NCBI GenBank assembly: GCA_041497895.1
Contig: JBGQHJ010000134.1
Span: 1-13,085 of the forward strand
Source of the DNA: Candidatus Methylomirabilia bacterium
GTDB taxonomy: Bacteria > Methylomirabilota > Methylomirabilia > Rokubacteriales > CSP1-6
DNA: 13,085 nt
Reading direction: 5' to 3'
The notes under the pieces are model-generated. The model ran no database searches. It was not told the DNA's origin and worked only from the letters and a program-made list of their open reading frames with translations. Shown piece after piece: positions 6,880 to 13,085 of the stretch (its first letter is position 1; the number at the start of each line of letters is the position of its first letter). The translations under genes and the position numbers were made by a program.

Positions 6880-8145
6880 TCAGCGTCGTGAGCGCCAGGG
6901 CCCGGTGATCAGGCGCGCGCCGCGCTGCCAGCTGATGTACGCCCACGCCCATTCGAACAGCACCAGGAAGCGGTTGCGGAAGCCGATCAGGAACGCGATG
7001 TGCACGAAGAGCCACGCGAGCCAGGCCGGCAGGCCGGAGAGGCGGAGGCGCCCGACCACCGCGACCGCGGCCGCGCGGCCGATGGTGGCCATGCTGCCGC
7101 GGTCGCGGTAGCGGAACGCGTCGGTCGGCTCTCCGGCCAGATGGTGCAGCACGTTGCGGGCCGTCGCGCGCCCCTGCTGCAAGGCGACCGGCGCCAGCCC
7201 GGGTAACGGTCGGCCGTCGGCCCCGGTGAAGGAGCACAGGTCGCCGATGGCGAAGGCCTCGGGGTGGCCGGGGATCGAGAGGTCGCGCTCGACCAGCACG
7301 CGCCCGGCCCGGTCGAGCGGCACGCCCAGCGTGCGGGTGAGCGGCGCGGCGGCGACGCCGGCCGCCCACAGCACGGTGCGCGCGCGGATCTGCTCCCCGC
7401 CCAGCCAGACCGCGTCGGGGGTTACCCGCGTGACGGTGGCGCCGGTGCGCACCTCGACCCCGATGCGCGCGAGCGCGGCGGCGGCGCGCGCGGGCAGGGG
7501 ATCGGGGAAGGCGGCCAGGACGCGGGGGCTGCCCTCGAGCAGCACGATCCGCGCCTTGGTGGGGTCGATCAGGCGGAAGTCGCGCGCGATGGTCTCGCGC
7601 GAGATCTCGGCCAGGGCCCCGGCCAGCTCCACCCCGGTCGGGCCGCCGCCGATCACCACCGAGGTGAGCAGCGCGCGCTGCTCGGCGCCGTCCTGCTCCC
7701 GCTCGGCCTCCTCGTAGGCCAGCAGCACGCGGCGCCGGATCTCGAGCGCGTCCTCCAGGGTCTTGAGGCTCGGGGCCAGCGGCTCCCAGTCGTCGTGGCC
7801 GAAGTAGGAGTGGCCGGCGCCCGCGGCGAGCACGAGCGCGTCGTAGGGCATCGCGCCCTCGTCGAGGACGAGGCGTCGGCCGGCCAGGTCCACCGACACG
7901 ACCTCGGCCAGGAACACGGTGACGTTCGGGGCGCGGCGCAGGATGGAGCGAAGCGGGGTCGCGATGTCGGACGGGTTGAGGGCCGCGGTGGCCACCTGGT
8001 AGAGCAGGGGCTGGAAGAGATGATGGTTGCGCCGGTCGAGGAGGGTGACGCGGACCGGCCGGTTCGCGAGCGCGCGGGCCGCGTAGAGCCCGCCGAATCC
8101 GCCGCCCACGATGACCACGTGCGGATGCCCGTCGCGGTCGCTCAC
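6880..8145 (-). CDS. ndh: Type II NADH:quinone oxidoreductase (FAD-dependent), about 421 aa
   Basis: Two Rossmann motifs (VVIVGGGFGG, VVIGGGPTGVELAG), HLFQPLLYQVAT, WAAGV, AIGD, APVALQQG, FRYRDRGSMATIGR and C-terminal AWLAWLFVH. Start placed at GTG 8145, just before the first Rossmann strand. Confidence 0.92.
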   Translation of the reverse strand: MSDRDGHPHVVIVGGGFGGLYAARALANRPVRVTLLDRRNHHLFQPLLYQVATAALNPSDIATPLRSILRRAPNVTVFLAEVVSVDLAGRRLVLDEGAMPYDALVLAAGAGHSYFGHDDWEPLAPSLKTLEDALEIRRRVLLAYEEAEREQDGAEQRALLTSVVIGGGPTGVELAGALAEISRETIARDFRLIDPTKARIVLLEGSPRVLAAFPDPLPARAAAALARIGVEVRTGATVTRVTPDAVWLGGEQIRARTVLWAAGVAAAPLTRTLGVPLDRAGRVLVERDLSIPGHPEAFAIGDLCSFTGADGRPLPGLAPVALQQGRATARNVLHHLAGEPTDAFRYRDRGSMATIGRAAAVAVVGRLRLSGLPAWLAWLFVHIAFLIGFRNRFLVLFEWAWAYISWQRGARLITGPWRSRR

Positions 8146-8151
8146 GGACTC

Positions 8152-8180
8152 ATCTTCCGGGGGACCTCGGACGGTGTCAA
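8152..8180 (-). promoter_or_regulatory. Possible divergent promoter for ndh
   Basis: TTGACA on the minus strand (8180-8175), a 17-nt spacer, then a weak -10 GAAGAT (8157-8152) ending 6 nt before GTG 8145. Confidence 0.4.
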
Positions 8181-8202
8181 CCGAGCGCGAGCCGCGGCCG
8201 GC

Positions 8203-8247
8203 TTGACAGGACGCGGGCTTCGCCCTAGGGTGAGCGCACACAGGAGG
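8203..8247 (+). promoter_or_regulatory. Sigma70-type promoter and RBS of the selenoprotein-2 operon
   Basis: TTGACA 8203-8208, a 17-nt spacer, TAGGGT 8226-8231, AGGAGG 8242-8247 and ATG 8256. Confidence 0.75.
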
Positions 8248-8255
8248 AGTCGCTC

Positions 8256-9302
8256 ATGACCGCGAGGATCTCGTCACAGCGCTACGCCGTCGAGGGTTTC
8301 CAGGAGGCGCTCGACCTCTGCTACAGCCGGGGATGGACCGACGGCCTGCCGGTGGTGCCGCCGACCGAGCCGGCGGTGCGGGCCATGCTCGACGCGGTCG
8401 CGCTCGAGCCCGACGCGCAGGTCGCCTTCATCACCAACCGACAGGTGGCGATCTCCGCCGAGAAGGTCGCGATCAACGCGGTGATGGCGGGCTGCCGGCC
8501 CGAGTACATGCCGGTGGTGGTGGCCGCGATCGAGGGCATCGCCGATCCCCGGTGGGGCTATCACGGGCCGGCCACGTCCACCGGGAGCGCGGCGGTCCTC
8601 ACGATCGTCAACGGGCCCGTCGCCAAGCGGCTCGACTTCAACTCGGGCGACAATCTCTTCGCGCCGGGCTGGCGGGCGAACGCCACCGTCGGGCGCGCGG
8701 TGCGGCTGGTGATGCGCAACGTGATCGGGACGATGCCCGGACGGCTCGACCGCGGGACTTTCGGCCATCCGGGCCGCTACACGTACGTGATGGCCGAGAA
8801 CGAGGCGGAGAGCCCGTGGACACCGCTGCACGTCGAGCGGGCCGGCTGCCGGCCCACCGACAGCGCGGTCACGGTCATGGCCGCGCTGGCCCCGATCCAG
8901 TTCTACAACCAGCTCTCGAGCACCGCGGCCGGCGTGCTCGGCACGCTCTGCGACACGATGCGGTATCCCGGGCAGATCGGACAGCCCAACTACTGCGTGG
9001 TGCTGGCCGGCGAGCACATGCGCACGATCGCGGCCGACGGCTGGTCCAAGGCCGACATCCGCAAGTTCATCTTCGAGAACTCCACGAACACGGTGGCGCA
9101 CTTCAAGCGGACCGCGCGGATGCCCGGCGGGGTGAAGCCGGAGGACGAGGCCACGAGCCGGCCGATCGTGCAGTCGCCGGACGACATCCTGGTGGTGGCG
9201 GCGGGGGGGCGCGCCGGCTCCTTCTCGTGCTTCATCCCGGGCTGGGCGAGCCGCACCTCGTCGGAAGCAGTGACGGTGGTCATCAAAGAGAGGAGCGCAT
9301 GA
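8256..9302 (+). CDS. Stand-alone GWxDGLP-motif protein (UGSC-selenoprotein partner), 348 aa, function unknown
   Basis: Strong RBS. Colinear paralog of the C-terminal domain of 3073..4668: GWTDGLPVVPPT/GWGDGLPAIPAT, EKVAINAVMAG/ERVAVNAVLAG, IVNGP, RANATVGRA/RANAVIGRA, GHPGRYTY/GHPGKYSY, AENE..SPW.PL.VER, GWSKA/GWTKA, DILVVAAGG/DIMIVVAGG. Confidence 0.9.
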   Translation: MTARISSQRYAVEGFQEALDLCYSRGWTDGLPVVPPTEPAVRAMLDAVALEPDAQVAFITNRQVAISAEKVAINAVMAGCRPEYMPVVVAAIEGIADPRWGYHGPATSTGSAAVLTIVNGPVAKRLDFNSGDNLFAPGWRANATVGRAVRLVMRNVIGTMPGRLDRGTFGHPGRYTYVMAENEAESPWTPLHVERAGCRPTDSAVTVMAALAPIQFYNQLSSTAAGVLGTLCDTMRYPGQIGQPNYCVVLAGEHMRTIAADGWSKADIRKFIFENSTNTVAHFKRTARMPGGVKPEDEATSRPIVQSPDDILVVAAGGRAGSFSCFIPGWASRTSSEAVTVVIKERSA

Positions 9303-9841
9303 TGGCGGGATTCGAGATCCTCGACCCCACGGTCGAGCCGCGGCGACAGCCGCTCACGTACGTGCCGCGCCCGGATTCGCTCAAGGGCAAGCGCATCGGA
9401 CTGGTGGAGAACACCAAGTTCAACTCGGACAAGCTGCTGCAGAAGATCGGGGTCATCCTCAAGACCGAGTACGGCGCCGCCGAGGCGCGGATGTGGCGCA
9501 AGCACAACTCGAGCGTGCCGGCCCACAAGGAGATCATCGACGACGCCAAGCAGACCGTGGACGTCGTCGTCGCCGGCATCGGCGACTGAGGGTCCTGCTC
9601 GTCGGGCAGTGTGCTCGACGGAATCCTGTTCGAGAAGATCGGCGTCCCCGCCGCGTCCATCGTGACCGACGTCTTCGAGGCCACCGGGCACGCCATGGCC
9701 CAGTCGTGGGGCGTCCCGGAGTACAGGTTCCTCTCGGTGCCGCATCCGATCGCGAACCTCACCGACGCCGAGCTGGACGCGCGGGCCCGCACGATCGCCC
9801 CCGAGGTCGTGCGACTGCTGCTGAAGGGCCAGGAAGGCTAG
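9299..9841 (+). CDS. Stand-alone UGSC-type selenoprotein; 180 aa, Sec97 encoded by TGA 9587-9589
   Basis: ATG 9299 (ATGA overlap, AGGAG RBS; ATG 9302 is an alternative) reads MMAGFEILDP..VVVAGIGD-U-GSCSSGSVLDGILFEKIGVPAASIVTDVF..VPHPIAN..KGQEG* and is in frame with ORF 9611..9841. It is colinear with locus 1 on both sides of the TGA. Confidence 0.9.
9590..9626 (+). promoter_or_regulatory. Putative bacterial SECIS element 2
   Basis: 9-bp stem CGTCGGGCA-GTG-TGCTCGACG at 9600-9620 (one G-U pair), starting 11 nt after the UGA with the loop G at +20, the same geometry as element 1. Confidence 0.8.
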
Positions 9842-9871
9842 AACACAAACAAACACAACACGGCCCGCCGC

Positions 9872-10849
9872 ATGCCAGACGACTCCGCCTACCGTCCGCC
9901 GTTCTGGTACCGGGGCCGGCACCTCCAGACGCTGTGGGGGCCGCTGGTGCGCCACTGGCGGCGGCCCCCGCTGCGGCGCGAGCGGCTCGAGACGCCCGAC
10001 GGCGACTTCGTCGATCTCGACTGGCTCGCCGGCGCCCCCGAGTCCGGCCCCGTGGTCCTGATCCTCCACGGCCTCGAGGGATCGTCGAATTCTCACTACG
10101 CGCGCGGCCTGCTGCGCGGAGCGGGGCGGCTCGGCTGGCGCCCCGCCGTGCTCCACTTCCGCTCGTGTAGCGGCGAGGTGAACCGGCTCCCGCGGCTGTA
10201 CCACTCGGGCGACACCCGCGATCTCGAGTGGGTGCTCGAGCGGCTGCAGAAGCGCGAGGCCGATCCCCGGATCGGCCTGATCGGGATCTCGCTGGGCGGC
10301 AACGTGGTGCTGAAGTGGCTCGGGGAGCAGGGCGAGGCCGCGCCCGCCGCGGTGGTGGGCTCGGTCGCGATCTCGACCCCGTTCGACCTGGCCGCGTGCG
10401 CGGAGGTGCTGGACCGCGGCTTCAACCGCGCGGTCTACACCGGGAGCTTCCTGCGCACCATGAAGGCCAAGGTGCGGGCCAAGACCCATCTCTACGACGG
10501 CCGGATCGACGTGCCCGCGGTGCTGCGCTCGCGCACCTTCGCGGAGTACGACCGGTGGTTCACCGCGCCGCTGAACGGCTTCGCCGACGAGCGCGACTAC
10601 TGGAGCCGGGCGAGCTGCGGGCCCTTTCTCGAGCGCGTCCGGCGCCCCACGTTGCTGATCAACGCGACCAACGATCCGTTCCTGCCCGGGGAGCGCCTTC
10701 CCGCGGCGGCGGTCGCGCGATCGCACTGGCTCGAGGCGGCCTTCGTGGAGCAGGGCGGGCACGTGGGATTTCTGGACGGTCCGCTCGGGGGCTCGTCGTG
10801 GGCGGAGCGGCGCGCCCTCGCGTTCCTCCGGCGCCTTCTGCTACCATGA
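9872..10849 (+). CDS. YheT-family alpha/beta hydrolase (putative esterase), 325 aa
   Basis: GRHLQTLW, TPDGDFVDLDW, LHGLEGSS, FRSCSGE, YHSGDT, nucleophile elbow GISLGG, NDPF (Asp) and GGHVGF (His). Confidence 0.9.
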   Translation: MPDDSAYRPPFWYRGRHLQTLWGPLVRHWRRPPLRRERLETPDGDFVDLDWLAGAPESGPVVLILHGLEGSSNSHYARGLLRGAGRLGWRPAVLHFRSCSGEVNRLPRLYHSGDTRDLEWVLERLQKREADPRIGLIGISLGGNVVLKWLGEQGEAAPAAVVGSVAISTPFDLAACAEVLDRGFNRAVYTGSFLRTMKAKVRAKTHLYDGRIDVPAVLRSRTFAEYDRWFTAPLNGFADERDYWSRASCGPFLERVRRPTLLINATNDPFLPGERLPAAAVARSHWLEAAFVEQGGHVGFLDGPLGGSSWAERRALAFLRRLLLP

Positions 10850-12147
10850 CCGCCGTGCTGCGCGACGCGTACGGCCTGGCCGTCTCGACCTCGTCCCGCC
10901 CCGCGGTCGACGCCCACGACCGGGGCGTGCGCGCGCTCCTGGGCTTCGGGGCCGACACCGTGGAGTGCTTCCGCCAGGCGCTCGCCGCCGACCCCGACTT
11001 CGTGCTGGCCCGCGCCGCCCTCGCGGTCGCGCTCTACCTGGACGAGCAGATCCCGGCGGCCCGGACCGAGATGGAGCGGGCGATCGCGGACGGGACCGCC
11101 CAGGCCGCGTCGCTCACCGCTCGCGAGCGCCGGCACCTGGAGGCCCTGCGCCTCTTCGTGGGCGGGCGCGGCAACGACGCCATCGCGGTGATGCAGGAGA
11201 TCCTGGGTGAGTTCCCGCGCGACGTGCTGCTGATGCAGCGCCTCTACTACATCTACTTCTGGCAGGGGCGCTCGGCCGAGATGCTCGAGGTGACCCGCGC
11301 GGTGCTGCCGGCCCTGGCCGACGACGGCTACGCCCTCGGCTATCACGCCTTCGCGCTCGAGGAGAATCGGCGCTTCGACGAGGCGTTGCCGCTCGCCGAG
11401 CGGGCGGTCGCGCTGAACCCGCGGGACGCCTGGGCGGTGCACGCCATCGCCCACGTGCACTACGAGCGGGGCGACAATCGTCGCGGGATCGAGAGCCTGC
11501 CGGGGCGGATCCGTCCCTGCGATCACCTGGGCTACTTCCGGAACCACCTGCTCTGGCACCTGGCCCTGCTCCACCTGGCCGAGGGCGACTACGAGCGCGG
11601 CGGGCGGCTGTTCGAGAGCGTGTTCGGCCGCATCCCGATCGCGATCGCCTCCGACCTGCAAGACTCGGTGGCCCTGGCGTGGCGTCTCGATCTCTTCGGC
11701 CGTCCGGATCCACGCCGCTGGGCCAAGCTCGGCGAGGCGGCGCGGCGGTGGCTCGACATGCCGTTGCTGCTCTTCCACGACCTGCACGTGGGGATGGCGC
11801 TCGCGGCGGCGGGCGACTGGAGCAGTGCGTCGCTCCAGCTCGACCGGCTCCGGCAGCGCGGGGCCAGGTCGAAGAACCCCACGCTCGCCGGGGTGGTGGT
11901 GCCGCTCATGGAGGGGCTGCACGCCTTCGCCCGCGGCGACTACGCGGCCGCGGTGACGCGCATCGAGCCCGTCGAGGCGCGCATCGTCGAGGTGGGCGGC
12001 AGCCACGCTCAGCGCGAGGTCTTCCACGACACGCTCCTCGCGGCGGCCCTGCGCGGATCCGAGCCGCGCGCGGTGGCCCTGCTCGAGCGGCGCCTGGCCA
12101 AGCGCCCCAACCCCGGTCGCTTCTGGGAGCAGGCGCGCGCGTCATGA
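10846..12147 (+). CDS. TTC38-like tetratricopeptide-repeat protein
   Basis: ATG 10846 overlaps the hydrolase stop; GTG 10855 is an alternative start. Motifs ALAADPDF, DAWAVHAIAHVHYE, NHLLWHLAL and GGSHAQREVF are typical of TTC38 homologues. Confidence 0.85.
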   Translation: MTAVLRDAYGLAVSTSSRPAVDAHDRGVRALLGFGADTVECFRQALAADPDFVLARAALAVALYLDEQIPAARTEMERAIADGTAQAASLTARERRHLEALRLFVGGRGNDAIAVMQEILGEFPRDVLLMQRLYYIYFWQGRSAEMLEVTRAVLPALADDGYALGYHAFALEENRRFDEALPLAERAVALNPRDAWAVHAIAHVHYERGDNRRGIESLPGRIRPCDHLGYFRNHLLWHLALLHLAEGDYERGGRLFESVFGRIPIAIASDLQDSVALAWRLDLFGRPDPRRWAKLGEAARRWLDMPLLLFHDLHVGMALAAAGDWSSASLQLDRLRQRGARSKNPTLAGVVVPLMEGLHAFARGDYAAAVTRIEPVEARIVEVGGSHAQREVFHDTLLAAALRGSEPRAVALLERRLAKRPNPGRFWEQARAS

Positions 12148-13085
12148 ACTGGGACGCCCTCGGGCGCGAGACCGTCGAGCTGCTCCGGCAGTACCTGACG
12201 CTCGACACGACCAATCCGCCCGGCAACGAGACCCTCGGGGCGCGCTTCCTCGAGGAGGTGCTGCGGCGGGAGGGCATCGCGAGCGAGACCGTGGAGTCCG
12301 CCCCCGGCCGCGGCAACCTGGTGGCACGCCTGCGGGGCGACGGGTCCGAGGGCGGCATCGTGCTCCACCACCACATCGACGTGGTCTACGCGGACCCGCG
12401 CTACTGGACGGTGGATCCGTTCGGCGGCGTGATCCAGGACGGCTTCCTCTACGGCCGCGGCGCGCTCGACATGAAGTCCACCGGCATCCTCCACCTGGCC
12501 GGGGTGCTGGCGATCAAGCGGGCGGGGGTGCGGCTCAAGCGCGACCTGATCCTGCTCGCGACCGCCGACGAGGAGGCGGGGAGCCGCTTCGGCGCTCAGT
12601 GGGTGGCCGACCAGCGGCGGGAGTGGCTGGCGGGCGCCGAGTACGCGCTGTCGGAGCTGGGCGGCATCTATCCGGAGAGCGGGCCGGCCGGGGGCCGCCG
12701 GGCGCCGTTCGGCAGCATCGTGACCTCCGAGAAGACGGGCCTGCCGCTCCGCCTCACCGCGCGGAGCCAGCCCGGGCACGGCTCGATGCCGTGGCCCGAC
12801 ACCGCGCCGAACCACCTGATCCGCGCCCTCGGCCGCCTGCTCGAGGCGGAGCGGCCGCTCCGGGTGCTGGCGGAGGTGCAGGAGTACTTCGAGCGGCTTG
12901 GCTCGGTGATGCCGGGCGACACCGGGAAGGGATACGACGACCTTCCCCGGTCGCTGGGCGACCCCGCTTTCCGCCGCGCCTTCCTCGCCGACCGGCACCA
13001 GGCCGCGATGCTGCGCACCACCTTCGCGGTCACCATGCTCCGGGGCAGCGAGAAGCGCAACGTGATCCCGCCCGAGGCGAGCGCG
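12144..13085 (+). CDS. M20/M25/M40-family metallohydrolase (ArgE/DapE/Acy1-like), 3'-truncated by the window edge
   Basis: Absent from the ORF track because no stop lies in the window. ATG 12144 (ATGA overlap) reads MNWDALGRETVELLRQYLTLDTTNPPGNE..PGRGNLVARLRG..HHHIDVV..GRGALDMKS..ADEEAG..GHGSMP..NVIP. Confidence 0.92.
   Translation, partial: MNWDALGRETVELLRQYLTLDTTNPPGNETLGARFLEEVLRREGIASETVESAPGRGNLVARLRGDGSEGGIVLHHHIDVVYADPRYWTVDPFGGVIQDGFLYGRGALDMKSTGILHLAGVLAIKRAGVRLKRDLILLATADEEAGSRFGAQWVADQRREWLAGAEYALSELGGIYPESGPAGGRRAPFGSIVTSEKTGLPLRLTARSQPGHGSMPWPDTAPNHLIRALGRLLEAERPLRVLAEVQEYFERLGSVMPGDTGKGYDDLPRSLGDPAFRRAFLADRHQAAMLRTTFAVTMLRGSEKRNVIPPEASA

Noticed and set aside
8146..8241. N-terminal extension of ndh to 8241
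   Set aside because: It is low-complexity sequence ahead of the Rossmann motif, and it would run through the divergent promoter region.
3349..9589. The in-frame TGAs as nonsense mutations (pseudogenes) or as a reassigned genetic code (UGA = Trp/Gly)
   Set aside because: The TGA is at the same column in two diverged paralogs, within a UxxC motif and with covarying hairpins. Many other genes here end normally at TGA (943, 4668, 5129, 9302, 10849, 12147).
1..13085. CRISPR arrays, tRNA/rRNA genes (including tRNA-Sec), selA/selB/selD, transposases or integrases
   Set aside because: None was recognised. The window is almost fully protein-coding with short intergenic gaps, so any Sec machinery must lie elsewhere in the genome.

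Overview
A very GC-rich, densely coding bacterial window. It contains an MFS transporter (5' end outside the window), an internally deleted second MFS gene, pssA, a HipA-like kinase/DUF3037-like pair, a TPR protein, a compact glucan phosphorylase, a type II NADH dehydrogenase, a YheT-type hydrolase, a TTC38-like protein and an M20 peptidase (3' end outside the window). The main signal, missed by the ORF track, is two paralogous selenoprotein loci. Each has an in-frame TGA in a D-U-G-S-C (UxxC) motif (3349-3351 and 9587-9589), followed at identical spacing by a covarying 9-bp SECIS-like hairpin. In locus 1 the UGSC domain is fused to a large 'GWxDGLP' domain (531 aa in total). In locus 2 the same two domains are separate, translationally coupled genes in the opposite order. 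This points to an uncharacterised two-part selenium-dependent oxidoreductase whose Sec region resembles GrdB/PrdB. All family assignments are from motif recognition by eye, not database searches.
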